A stretch of 64,000 nt of DNA from Alphaproteobacteria bacterium (GTDB lineage Bacteria; Pseudomonadota; Alphaproteobacteria; UBA828). The notes under the pieces are model-generated. The model was given only the letters and a program-made list of their open reading frames with translations. It was not told the origin of the DNA and ran no database searches. Each line of letters begins with the position of its first letter. Within the stretch, counting starts at the first letter, position 1. This document shows, in pieces, positions 30,024-42,813 of this stretch. The position numbers were made by a program, and so were the translations under genes. Where the stretch lies: NCBI GenBank assembly GCA_965221125.1, contig CBDCRW010000007.1, forward strand, positions 576,001 through 640,000, in the 5' to 3' direction.

Positions 30024-30704
30024 ATGGCTGATCGCGGGGACGACTCCGCCTCCGCCGTCGGCGCGGGCACGCCCCGTTTCGCGCTCCGCCGCGCCAGCAA
30101 CGTGGTCTGGCAGGAGGTCGGGATCGGCAAGGCCGCGCGGGCGCGGGCCATCGGTCAGAAGCCCTGCGCGCTGTGGCTCACCGGCCTGCCGGCCGCCGGC
30201 AAGTCGACCGTCGCCGACCGGCTGGAGCGGAAGCTCCAGGCCCTGGGCAAGCACACCTACCTGCTCGACGGCGACAACGTCCGCCACGGGCTGAGCCGCG
30301 ACCTCGGCTTCACCGAGCGGGACCGGGCGGAAAACATCCGCCGCATCGCCGAGGTCGCCCGGCTGATGGTGGACGCCGGGCTGATCGTCATCGTCTCCTT
30401 CATCTCGCCGTTCCGCTCCGAGCGCCGGATGGCGCGCGACCTGATGGAGGAGGACGAGTTCTTCGAGATCTTCGTCGATGCCCCGCTCGCGGTCTGCGAG
30501 GCGCGCGACCCCAAGGGGCTCTACGCCAGGGCCCGCAGGGGCGAGATCGCGAACTTCACCGGCATCGATTCGCCCTACGAGCCACCGGAGAGCCCTGAGC
30601 TGCGGCTCGACACGACGGCGCTGTCGGCCGATCAGGCGGCGGACGAGATCGTGGCGTTGCTGAGTTCGGCGCTCACCGGCGCGGGCCGCACCCCCGGCAG
30701 TTGA
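30024..30704 (+). CDS. cysC: adenylyl-sulfate kinase
   Basis: [39 protein letters not shown]. Confidence 0.93.
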   Translation: MADRGDDSASAVGAGTPRFALRRASNVVWQEVGIGKAARARAIGQKPCALWLTGLPAAGKSTVADRLERKLQALGKHTYLLDGDNVRHGLSRDLGFTERDRAENIRRIAEVARLMVDAGLIVIVSFISPFRSERRMARDLMEEDEFFEIFVDAPLAVCEARDPKGLYARARRGEIANFTGIDSPYEPPESPELRLDTTALSADQAADEIVALLSSALTGAGRTPGS

Positions 30705-30781
30705 GAAACGTCTGCGGTTCAATCGGATCGTCTCGTATACGACGATTTCCGACCCTGCCGGATCACTGCGGTCCGACGAAA

Positions 30782-30888
30782 CCCACCTCCCCCTGTCCCC
30801 CTCCTCCCAGGAGGAGGGGGAACGAATGCGGTGCCGCCCCTTCTCCCTCTCCTCCCCTCGGGGGAGGAGAGGGCCGGGGTGAGGTGGG
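30782..30888. repeat. REP-like composite palindrome between convergent genes
   Basis: Hairpins at 30796-30821 and 30845-30873 (CCCTCTCCTCCCC/GGGGAGGAGAGGG), enclosed by CCCACCTC/GAGGTGGG. Confidence 0.75.
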
Positions 30889-30969
30889 GGATTCTTTTCG
30901 GCGCTGCGGCGCGCGAAGACGCGACCGCGCCCCAACCGGATACGATTCAATCTGCTCGGACCGTCCACG

Positions 30970-31788
30970 CTAACTGTAGAACGCAGGGGCGGTGGCGTAG
31001 CCGCAAAAATCCTCGCCGTCGTGGCCGACGAAGATCTCGGCGTCCCGCTCCAGCGCCACGTCCTTGAGCCGCTTCATCGAGTTCACCGCCTTAACCGGGT
31101 CGAGGTGGAAGCTCGGGATGATCTCCAGCTCCAGCCCCTTGCGCGTATAGGCCGCGTCCGCCGTGAACAGCATCGGCCGCCGCCCGGCGAGTTCCACCAG
31201 CAGGCTGTAGTGCCCCGCCGTATGCCCCGGCGTCTCGATCAGGTGCACGCCCTTGGCGATCTCCTGATCCCCGCTCAACAGCTCGAACCGGGGCGTCCAG
31301 ATGTCGCTCTCCGGGTCCTCCGGCACCTCGCGCCCCTGGCTCCTCAGCCGCTCGCGGTAGAGGTCCGCGTGAAAGCGCATGTCCGAATAGCCCAGCATCT
31401 CGAACGGCGCCGGCGCCTTGCTCTGGGCGAATTCCAGCGCGTGGCAGACCGTGCAGGCCTCGCGCAGGTGGCGGTTCCCGCCGCAGTGGTCGAAGTGGTA
31501 GTGCGAGTTGACGACGTAATCGACGTCCTCCGGCCGATAGCCCGCCAGCGCCAGCGCGCCGACGAGGGTCTGTTTCTCCGCCTGCACGGGCTTCTCGAAG
31601 GGCAGCACGGCGTTCACGTGGTCGCAGTCGAAGCCCGTGTCGAAGAGGTAGAGCCCGTCGGCGTGGTCGATCAGCACGCTGTAGACGGGGAAGCGCACCT
31701 CGCCCGCCGGCCCCCGGTTCCAGTAGATGTGGAAGCCGTCGATCACCAGCGTGCCGCCGTCGAGAATGAAGACCCGCGTCTCTTTCAT
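30970..31788 (-). CDS. 4-pyridoxolactonase (AHL-lactonase-like metallo-beta-lactamase fold)
   Basis: SHYHFDHCGG, TPGHTAGH, DAAY; N terminus WNRGPAGEVRFPVYS..LPFEKP closely matches Mesorhizobium loti 4-pyridoxolactonase as I recall it. Confidence 0.8.
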   Translation of the reverse strand: MKETRVFILDGGTLVIDGFHIYWNRGPAGEVRFPVYSVLIDHADGLYLFDTGFDCDHVNAVLPFEKPVQAEKQTLVGALALAGYRPEDVDYVVNSHYHFDHCGGNRHLREACTVCHALEFAQSKAPAPFEMLGYSDMRFHADLYRERLRSQGREVPEDPESDIWTPRFELLSGDQEIAKGVHLIETPGHTAGHYSLLVELAGRRPMLFTADAAYTRKGLELEIIPSFHLDPVKAVNSMKRLKDVALERDAEIFVGHDGEDFCGYATAPAFYS

Positions 31789-31815
31789 CGTCCCGCCCCT
31801 TCCTGCATCACCATT

Positions 31816-32754
31816 CTACCGCTGCCCGCGCACGTAGGGCAGGCCGAGCGCCGCCGGCAGGCTTGCGCGCCGCGCGAAGATCACCAGCACGATCATCACC
31901 ATGAGGAAGGGCAGCATCTGCACCACGTCCGTCGGCACGTTGACGCCGCCGACCTGCAGCGCCGTGGTGAGCGAAAGGCTGGCACCGAAGAGGAAGGCGC
32001 CGATCAGCACCCAGATCGGGCGCCCGCGCGCCAGCATCGCCAGCACGATGGCGATGAAGCCCGCGCCGCCGGTCATGAAGGGGACGAAGATCCCGGCCCC
32101 GATCATCGCCATGTAGGCGCCGCCGAGGCCCGCCATGACGCCGGTGAAGAGCACCGACCACGTGCGCGTCGCGGTCACGCTGATCCCGGCCGCGTCGAGC
32201 GCGTCGGGCTTGTCGCCGGCGGCCTGCAGGTTCAGCCCCACGTGGGTCTTGCGGAAGAGCAGCGCGAGCGCCACCACCATGATGACCGCGATGTAGACCA
32301 TCGGGTGCCGGGCGAAGAGGCTGGGGCCGATGATCGGGATTTCGCTCAGGCCCGGAATGTCCAGGGTGTCGACCCGCGGCAGGCGCGGATAGGTGCGGCT
32401 GAACTGCACGTGGTGGAGGAGGGCGGTGATCCCGTCCGCGCCCAGCGTCAGCGCGATCCCGATCACGATCTGGTTCAGGCCCAGTCGCACGCAGAAGAGC
32501 GCCATCAACAGCGCCAGCACGAGGCCCGCCGCCGCGCCCGCGAGGAAGCCCAGCCAGAGCGAGTTCGTGCCGAAGGCCGTGGCGAAGCCGGCGTAGGCGC
32601 CGAACAGCATCATCCCCTCGATGCCGATGTTGAGCACGCCGGCCTTCTCGGAGACCTGCTCGCCGAGCCCTGCCAGCAGCAGCGGCACGCCGGCCGCGAC
32701 CGCGCCCGCGATCAGCGAGATCAGGAAGGCGTCGCTGAGCAGGCCCTGCGACAT
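31816..32754 (-). CDS. ABC transporter permease (nucleoside/BMP type)
   Basis: SEKAGVLNIGIEG, GAGFIAIV, QMLPF. Confidence 0.9.
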   Translation of the reverse strand: MSQGLLSDAFLISLIAGAVAAGVPLLLAGLGEQVSEKAGVLNIGIEGMMLFGAYAGFATAFGTNSLWLGFLAGAAAGLVLALLMALFCVRLGLNQIVIGIALTLGADGITALLHHVQFSRTYPRLPRVDTLDIPGLSEIPIIGPSLFARHPMVYIAVIMVVALALLFRKTHVGLNLQAAGDKPDALDAAGISVTATRTWSVLFTGVMAGLGGAYMAMIGAGIFVPFMTGGAGFIAIVLAMLARGRPIWVLIGAFLFGASLSLTTALQVGGVNVPTDVVQMLPFLMVMIVLVIFARRASLPAALGLPYVRGQR

Positions 32755-32756
32755 GG

Positions 32757-33842
32757 TCAGTCCCGCGCCGCCATCTGGCGCCGGTGGCCGAGCCACTCCG
32801 TCAGCGCCAGGAAGATCAGCATCAGCGCCACCAGCACCAGGATGAAGTAGTTGGGCAGCCCCGCCTTGCGCGACGCGGTCTCGCCGCCGATGGAGAGCAC
32901 GGCGAAGAAGAAGACGAAGCCGATCACGGCGATGCCGTTGAAGCGCGCGAGGAAGACCAGGGGAATGATCATCAGGCCGTAGGCCGGGTTCCAGTCGGCC
33001 CGCACGTTGCCCCAGACGCCGAGAATCTCCACCGCGCCGGCGAGCCCCGCGAGACCCGCGCTCAGCGCGAACACGACGACCATCAGCGCGCCGAGCGGCA
33101 GCCCCACGTGCACGGCCGCGCGCGGGTTCGCGCCGACGAGGCGGAGGCGCAAGCCGAACGCCGTCCGCGTCATCAGCCAGTGGATGAAGAGGATCACCGC
33201 GAGCCCCACGATCACGCCGACGTTGATGGTGCTGCCGAAGAGGCGCGGCAGCCGGTCGTCGGTCGCCAGCGTCTCGGTCTGCGGCACGGTGGTGGTGGGG
33301 TCGTCGAAGGGCAGCTTGATGAGCACGTTGGCCGCGCTTATCCCTAAGAAACTCATCATCAGCGTGGTCACGATCTCGTTCACGCCGTGGTAGGCCTTGA
33401 GCACGGCGGGCAGCAGCGACCAGACCGCGCCCACCGCCATCGCCACGATCATCACCAGCGGCAGCACGAGCCAGACCGGCAGCACCGTGACGAGCGCCGG
33501 CGCCAGCGCAGCCGCGATCACCGCGGCGAGCAGGAACTGCCCGTCGACGCCGAGGTTCCAGAGGCCCGCGCGGAAGGCGACGATCAGGCTCGCGCCGAGC
33601 AGCAGCAGCGGCGCGCAGCGGGTGATCGTGTCCTGCAGGCCGATCCAGCTCAGGAGGCCGCGCTTGATGATGTTGTAGTAGAACGCGCCGGGGTCCGCGC
33701 CGAGCACCAGCAGGATCAGGGCGCCCACGGCGAGCGCGAGCACAATCGGAAGCAGCGCCGCCGCCACCGGCGCGCCCCAGCGGCGCAGCGCGGTCACGCC
33801 GGGGGCGGGCTGCTCGTCATGTGCCGTCGACGCCTGTGCCAT
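32757..33842 (-). CDS. ABC transporter permease (nucleoside/BMP type)
   Basis: AFRAGLWNLGVDGQ, GVNEIVTTLM, GANPRAA. Confidence 0.9.
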   Translation of the reverse strand: MAQASTAHDEQPAPGVTALRRWGAPVAAALLPIVLALAVGALILLVLGADPGAFYYNIIKRGLLSWIGLQDTITRCAPLLLLGASLIVAFRAGLWNLGVDGQFLLAAVIAAALAPALVTVLPVWLVLPLVMIVAMAVGAVWSLLPAVLKAYHGVNEIVTTLMMSFLGISAANVLIKLPFDDPTTTVPQTETLATDDRLPRLFGSTINVGVIVGLAVILFIHWLMTRTAFGLRLRLVGANPRAAVHVGLPLGALMVVVFALSAGLAGLAGAVEILGVWGNVRADWNPAYGLMIIPLVFLARFNGIAVIGFVFFFAVLSIGGETASRKAGLPNYFILVLVALMLIFLALTEWLGHRRQMAARD

Positions 33843-33847
33843 CGCGC

Positions 33848-35431
33848 TCAGGCCCCGGCGCCGACCCCGATCATGAGCTCGCCGACCCGGCGCGCCGCGT
33901 CGCCGTCGTTCTCCACGATGCCGACCATGCGGCCGTCGAGCATCACCCCGATGCGGTCCGCAAGCTCCAGGATCTCGTCGAGGTCCGTCGAAATCAGGAT
34001 CGTGGCCACGCCCTCGTCGGCGCGCTCGCAGATCGCGAGCCGCGCGCGGCGTATGTTGTTCAGGTCGAGCCCATAGGTGGGCTTGTTGTAGATGACGGCC
34101 GTCGGCCGGTCGTCGAGCTCGCGGGCGAGCAGCGCCTTCTGCACGTTGCCGCCGGAGAGATGCCCGAGCGGAGTGTTCGGCCCCGGCACGCGCACGTCGT
34201 GCTCGGCGATGAGCCCCTTCGCATGGCGCTCCACCTCGGCGTTCCGGATGATGCCGTGGCGCCAGAACGGCTCGTCGCCGATGCGCTTCAGCAGCAGATT
34301 GAGGCCGACGGGAAAGGCGGAGACCGTGCCCTCGCCGAGCCGGTCGTCGGTCACGTAGCGGAGCCCCGCGTGCTGGCGCTGGCGCACGCTCAGCCCCTCG
34401 ATCGCCTCGCCGTCGAGCACGATGCGGCCCGCATCCGCCGGGCGCTGGCCTGCGATCGCTTCGGCGAGCTGCTTCTGGCCGTTGCCGTCCACGCCTGCGA
34501 TCCCGAAAATTTCCCCTTCGCGCACCTGGAAGCTCACGCCCGCATCGCCGGCCGCCGCCGGGCTGCCGGCGGGGCGGAGGCCGTCCACCGCGATCACCAC
34601 GCGCGCGCCCGGCGCGGCGTTCCGCTGCGCGCGGCTCCGCTCCTGCACCGTGCCGTCGGCGGCCGCGCCGAACATCAGGTCGACGATGTGGTCGATGGCC
34701 TCCTGCGGCGCGAGCCCGGAAAGCGTCTCCGGCGCGAGCGAGCCGACCTTGCGGCCGAGCCTCAGCACCGTGACCCGGTCGCCGAAGCTCACCGCCTCGT
34801 GCAGCTTGTGGGTGATGAAGAGGACGGCGATCCCCGCGTCGCTGAGCCGCCCGATCACGCGGCCCAGGTCTTCGACGCCCTGCGGCGTCAGCATCGAGGT
34901 CGCCTCGTCGAGAATCAGCACGCTCTCGCCGCGCCACAGCGCCTTGACGATCTCGACGAGCTGCTGCTGGCCGAGCGAGAGCGAGCCGAGCGGCGCGTCC
35001 TCCGGCAGCGCGATTCCGAGTAGCGCGGTGATCTCGCCGAGCCTCGCGCGCGTGGCCGCCCGGTTCATGGGCGCCCGCCACGAGGCCCCCAGCATCAGGT
35101 TCTCGAGCACGGTCAGCGTCGGCACCAGGGTCGGGTGCTGGTAGACGGTGCCGATGCCGAGGTCGAGCGCGGTGCGCGGGCTCGCGATCCTGGTCTCGCG
35201 GCCGCGAACCTCGATGACGCCCGCGTCCGGCCGCTGCATGCCGGAGAGAATCGAGATCAGCGTCGACTTGCCCGCGCCGTTTTCGCCCAGCAGTGCGTGA
35301 ACCTCGCCCGGATAGACGGCGAGCGAGACCGCGTCGTTGGCGACGACTCCGGGGAAACGCTTGGTGATGTCCCGCAGCGCGACGATCGGCTCGGCCGCGC
35401 CGCCGGCGGTCTCAAGGGAGCCGGACGCCAT
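33848..35431 (-). CDS. ABC transporter ATP-binding protein (tandem NBD)
   Basis: GENGAGKST, LSLGQQQ, LSGGNVQK. Confidence 0.93.
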   Translation of the reverse strand: MASGSLETAGGAAEPIVALRDITKRFPGVVANDAVSLAVYPGEVHALLGENGAGKSTLISILSGMQRPDAGVIEVRGRETRIASPRTALDLGIGTVYQHPTLVPTLTVLENLMLGASWRAPMNRAATRARLGEITALLGIALPEDAPLGSLSLGQQQLVEIVKALWRGESVLILDEATSMLTPQGVEDLGRVIGRLSDAGIAVLFITHKLHEAVSFGDRVTVLRLGRKVGSLAPETLSGLAPQEAIDHIVDLMFGAAADGTVQERSRAQRNAAPGARVVIAVDGLRPAGSPAAAGDAGVSFQVREGEIFGIAGVDGNGQKQLAEAIAGQRPADAGRIVLDGEAIEGLSVRQRQHAGLRYVTDDRLGEGTVSAFPVGLNLLLKRIGDEPFWRHGIIRNAEVERHAKGLIAEHDVRVPGPNTPLGHLSGGNVQKALLARELDDRPTAVIYNKPTYGLDLNNIRRARLAICERADEGVATILISTDLDEILELADRIGVMLDGRMVGIVENDGDAARRVGELMIGVGAGA

Positions 35432-35555
35432 GGTCAGACCACATGCTCCCCGTCATGCCCGGCGGCGCCGAACTCGCCGCCGGGAACGGTGCGGGCACGC
35501 CCGGCGGTCAGGAAACTTCGTCCCGCCGCCGGGCGCGGCCCGTGCTCCGTGTGCG

Positions 35556-36599
35556 TTACTCGGCCGCCTCGACCGACGACATCAGGGCGCGCACTTCCGT
35601 CGCCTCCCAGATCGCGGGCACCTCGATCTCGCCCGCGATGATCTTGGCCCGGGTGTCCATCAGCCCGGCCCACATGTCGTCGGAGATATGCGCCGTCCGC
35701 AAGAGCTGCACCGAATCGTCGGCGAGCTGGATGGCGTAGCCGACCGTGCCGAACGTGCCGCTCTTCAGGTCCTCGACCATGGCGGTGTAGACCGGCACGA
35801 GGTTCCAGATCACCGACGAGAGCAGGTGGCCCTTGTCGATCTCGCTCTTGTCGCCGATCACGTCGATGAACAGCACCTTGCCGCCGTCGGAGGCAGGCAC
35901 CGTCTCCACCGCCTGGAGCATGCCGAAGGTCGACCCGTCGCCCTGGCCGAAGACGATGTCGGCGCCGGCCGCGATCACCGATTCCGTGACCCGCTTGCCG
36001 CCCGCAGCGTCGGCATAGGCCGCCGGTCCGATCACCGCGTAGAGCAGGTTCACGTCCGGATTCGCCGCGCGGGCGCCCATGGCGAAGCCGGCGGACTGCG
36101 AGTTCCACGAGGGCGGCTCGCCGGAGACGACGATGCCGAGCGTGCCGCTGCGCGAGAGCTGCGCTGCCAGCATGCCGGCCATATAGGCGCCGTCATGGCC
36201 GCTCAGCGTGTAGTCCGCGACGAGGCCCGCCACCACGTCTTCCGGCCGGTCGACGATCGCGACCGCAACCCCGGTCTCGTGCGCGATCTCCGGCGCCGCC
36301 GTGTTGTAGCCGCTGGCGTGCGCGATCATCAGGTCGGCGCCTTCCGCCGCGAGCTCGCGCAGCGTCGGGCGCACGTCGCCGTAGCCGAGGCCCTCGGCCG
36401 CGATCACCTCGAGGCCCATGGCCTCGCCGACCGCGCGGGTCGCGTCGACGCCCTGCTGGTTCCAGCCGTAGTCAGTGCCCTGCTCGGGCACCAGCACGGC
36501 AATGGTGTCGATCTCCTGCGCCTGCGTGCCGGTGACGACCGCGGCCAAGCCGACCGCTGCCACCGCCGACAACGCAATTCTGTGCCACTTCGCTGCCAT
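35556..36599 (-). CDS. BMP-family substrate-binding protein (candidate vitamin B6 binding)
   Basis: Signal peptide, DYGWNQQG, AYMAGMLAA; first gene of the operon that ends in pyridoxolactonase. Confidence 0.85.
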   Translation of the reverse strand: MAAKWHRIALSAVAAVGLAAVVTGTQAQEIDTIAVLVPEQGTDYGWNQQGVDATRAVGEAMGLEVIAAEGLGYGDVRPTLRELAAEGADLMIAHASGYNTAAPEIAHETGVAVAIVDRPEDVVAGLVADYTLSGHDGAYMAGMLAAQLSRSGTLGIVVSGEPPSWNSQSAGFAMGARAANPDVNLLYAVIGPAAYADAAGGKRVTESVIAAGADIVFGQGDGSTFGMLQAVETVPASDGGKVLFIDVIGDKSEIDKGHLLSSVIWNLVPVYTAMVEDLKSGTFGTVGYAIQLADDSVQLLRTAHISDDMWAGLMDTRAKIIAGEIEVPAIWEATEVRALMSSVEAAE

Positions 36600-36917
36600 C
36601 GTCTCTTCTCTCCTCTATGGCCGCCGACGCAGCCCATTGCCATGTCGGCCCGGTCCGTCTTCGAATTGAGTGCGCGCAATTCCCGTGTTTCGTGCGCCGG
36701 GGCGGCATCGCTCCCGCCATCCGGCACGTGGTCTCGTTCTTCTTCTCCGCCGCGCCGCGATTGCCGCCAATCCCCGGCGCGGTCGGCACCAATCAGGATA
36801 ACACCGATGATCGCCGCCTGCCAAAACGCGCAAGCGGTGCGCGCACGGCCCGTCGCGCGTCGAGGATGGGGCAGGGGAGCCGCGCCGCCCGCTCTCCGGG
36901 CCGGCGCGAGAGAGACC

Positions 36918-37391
36918 CTAAAGCGTGGCGCTGAGCGCCTTCGCCGCCTCGATCTCCTCGGCGGTCATGAGGCCCGCGACCGAATCGAGGATGAGCTGCA
37001 CGTTCGGGCTCTTCTTCTCGGCGGCGCGGAGAAGCCAGGCGTAGGCGCGCACGAGGTCGCGCGGCACGTGGATGCCCTCCACGTAGATCCTGCCCAGCAG
37101 GATCTGCGCTTCCGCCACCCCGGCGCTGGCCGCCTGCTCGTACCAGGGAACCGCGCCGGCAGGCTCGCCCTTGATCTGAAACGCCATGCCGAGCGCGTAG
37201 GCGGCCTGAAAGTCGCCGGCTTCCGCCAGCGGCTGCCATTCGCGGATCGCCGTCTCGTAGTCGCCGGCGGTGTACGCCTGCCAGCCCGCCTGCATGTTGG
37301 CACGCGCGCCGGCAGGCGCGAGAAGCAGGCTCACGGCAAACGCAACCGAGATCGCAACGCCGGCGCGCCGGCGCTGCCGCCCGTACGGCAT
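36918..37391 (-). CDS. exported Sel1-repeat protein
   Basis: AYTAGDYETAIREWQPLAEAG, AQILLGRIYVEGIHVPRDLVRAYAW. Confidence 0.85.
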   Translation of the reverse strand: MPYGRQRRRAGVAISVAFAVSLLLAPAGARANMQAGWQAYTAGDYETAIREWQPLAEAGDFQAAYALGMAFQIKGEPAGAVPWYEQAASAGVAEAQILLGRIYVEGIHVPRDLVRAYAWLLRAAEKKSPNVQLILDSVAGLMTAEEIEAAKALSATL

Positions 37392-37408
37392 GACGAATCC
37401 TGCGGGTT

Positions 37409-37576
37409 CTACTTTATCTTCGCTTCCTTGAAGACCACGTGCTTGCGGGCCACGGGGTCGAACTTGCGGAGCGAGAGCTTCTCGGTCTGGCTGCGCGGGT
37501 TCTTGCGCGTCGTGTAGTAGAACCCCGTACCCGCCGAGCTGACGAGCTTGATCAGGATGCTGTTGGCCTTGGCCAT
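37409..37576 (-). CDS. rpmG: 50S ribosomal protein L33 (Zn-free), absent from the ORF track
   Basis: Hand translation [55 protein letters not shown]. Confidence 0.97.
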   Translation of the reverse strand: MAKANSILIKLVSSAGTGFYYTTRKNPRSQTEKLSLRKFDPVARKHVVFKEAKIK

Positions 37577-37615
37577 TGTATTCGCTCGGCTCTTGCTGAT
37601 GTCGCGGACGCGGCG

Positions 37616-37643
37616 ACATTAGCGCGTGGTTGCGCGCTGTCAA
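37616..37643 (-). promoter_or_regulatory. sigma70-type promoter of rpmG
   Basis: TTGACA-N16-TAATGT on the minus strand. Confidence 0.6.
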
Positions 37644-37694
37644 GCGGCGGGGCGGGAATGGCGCCCGGCCGTGAAGGGTATTGCCGCTGTTCGG

Positions 37695-38237
37695 TCAGGC
37701 TTCGTCCAGCAGCACGAGGTCGCCGTTCTCGTCGAGGCCGATGCCGTGGCTCCGCCCTTCCTCGATGGTCTCCTCGGGCCAATGCACCTTGCCCGGATCG
37801 GTGCCGCCGACCACCGCCAGCATGAGCGCGGTGTCGTCGCCCGCGTTGCGAAAGCCCCGGCTCGCGCCGATGGGGACCGAGACGGTGTCGTAGGGCTCGA
37901 GCACGACCTCGTGGCGCTGGCCGTCGCTGTTCTGCCAGTAGATGCCCCACTTGCCGGTGAGCGGGATGAACACCTCGTTGGTCTCGTGAATGTGCAGCGA
38001 GGCGCCCTTGCCGGGTTCGGCCTTGATGAGGCCCACGTTGAAGTCGCGGTTGTCGCTGATCGGCGGCCTCAGCTCCTTGTCCTCGACCACGCCGCGGCCG
38101 ATGATGTTGTAGATGTCCCGCTCGTAGCCTGGGATCAGCGCGTCGACGAACGCGTGCGCGCTCGACTTCAGGTCCTTGAAGCGCGCGACTCGCTCGCTCT
38201 CCATGTACTCGGGCGTGACGTCGATCCGTTCCACCAT
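37695..38237 (-). CDS. cupin domain protein
   Basis: GASLHIHETNEVFIPLTG, DTVSVPIGASRGFRN. Confidence 0.8.
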   Translation of the reverse strand: MVERIDVTPEYMESERVARFKDLKSSAHAFVDALIPGYERDIYNIIGRGVVEDKELRPPISDNRDFNVGLIKAEPGKGASLHIHETNEVFIPLTGKWGIYWQNSDGQRHEVVLEPYDTVSVPIGASRGFRNAGDDTALMLAVVGGTDPGKVHWPEETIEEGRSHGIGLDENGDLVLLDEA

Positions 38238-38299
38238 GGCATAGCTCCCTGCTGGTGCGCACCGTTCGTCGCCGGTGAAGCCGGAGGCCCGGCTCCGGG

Positions 38300-38950
38300 C
38301 TAGTAGAGTTCGGTGCGATAGTTCTCCTCGACGAACTCGTCTGTCTCCTTCACCGTCTCCTCCGTGGGCGGCTCCTCCGGCGGCGCGGTCTGCTCCAGGA
38401 TCATGCGGCCGAGCGACGGTATCTCGCGGCGGTCCTGCCTGCTCTCCTCGTCCCACAGCCGCGAGCGCTTGAACGCCTTGGCGCAGTGCAGGAAGGCCTC
38501 CTCGACCTCGACCCTGATGCCCACCTTCGGCTCCTTGCCGTTCACGACCGCGGCCTCCGCCAGCTTGTCGTCGCGAAAGATGGTCGCCTTGCCGTTCACG
38601 CGCAGCGTGTCGTCGAAGCCGGGAACGAGGAAGAGCAGGCCGACGTTCGGGTTCTCGATGATGTTGGTCATCGTATCGAGACGGTTGTTGCCGGGCCGGT
38701 CGGGAATGAAGAGCGTGTTGTCGTCCAGGATCTGGACGAATCCGGGCGGGTCGCCGCGCGGCGAGACGTCGGCGCGGCCGCTCTCGCCGCTGGTGCCGAT
38801 GCAGAGGAAGGGCGAGCGCTCGATGAACGCCTTGCAGTGCTTGTCCAGCGAGGGGATGCACTTCTTCACCGAGATTTCCATGGTCTCGCCCATGGTCTCG
38901 CGCAGGTCGGCCTCGTCCCGGTAGGTCCGTCCCTGTTCGTGTCCGTCCAT
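38300..38950 (-). CDS. pyridoxamine 5'-phosphate oxidase-like FMN-binding protein
   Basis: DVSPRGDPPGFV, IPDRPGNNRLD, LRVNG, FLHCAKA. Confidence 0.85.
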   Translation of the reverse strand: MDGHEQGRTYRDEADLRETMGETMEISVKKCIPSLDKHCKAFIERSPFLCIGTSGESGRADVSPRGDPPGFVQILDDNTLFIPDRPGNNRLDTMTNIIENPNVGLLFLVPGFDDTLRVNGKATIFRDDKLAEAAVVNGKEPKVGIRVEVEEAFLHCAKAFKRSRLWDEESRQDRREIPSLGRMILEQTAPPEEPPTEETVKETDEFVEENYRTELY

Positions 38951-39042
38951 GGCATCAAGCTCCCCGTGCGCTCGGCGGATCGGAGACTTTAGCAAAGCAT
39001 GGCCGGCAAGGCACGGCCGATCCAACTGAATCCGTCTACGCT

Positions 39043-39188
39043 GGAGCGCGTCCGCCTTCGACGGACGCGCGACAGGCCGCGAGAGCGGCCCGCCGCGCAT
39101 GCGGCGCGCCCGCGCAGGCGCCGGCTGAAAGCCGGCTGCCGTGAGCGAAAAATTCGAAGAGCGTTTCCGTGCAAAACGGAAACGCTCT
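39043..39188. repeat. intact 146-bp multi-hairpin repeat (copy 2)
   Basis: Ungapped 125/146 match to the rejoined copy 1 (12702-12735 + 17362-17473). Confidence 0.92.
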
Positions 39189-39270
39189 TCGCGGCGATGG
39201 GTGACGGCCGCGCCGGGCTGTGGCATCTATCGGTTGTCCCCGTCCTGCATCGATTCGCGGTGGTATCGCC

Positions 39271-42744
<3,474 letters not shown>

Positions 42745-42758
42745 CTTCCCTTCGGGCC

Positions 42759-42787
42759 TTGCGCGCCGGGGGCGCCGGCGTTATCAA
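42759..42787 (+). promoter_or_regulatory. sigma70-type promoter of rpsB-tsf
   Basis: TTGCGC-N17-TATCAA. Confidence 0.5.
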
Positions 42788-42813
42788 GCGCCCACCTGCA
42801 TTGCGCAGGAATT

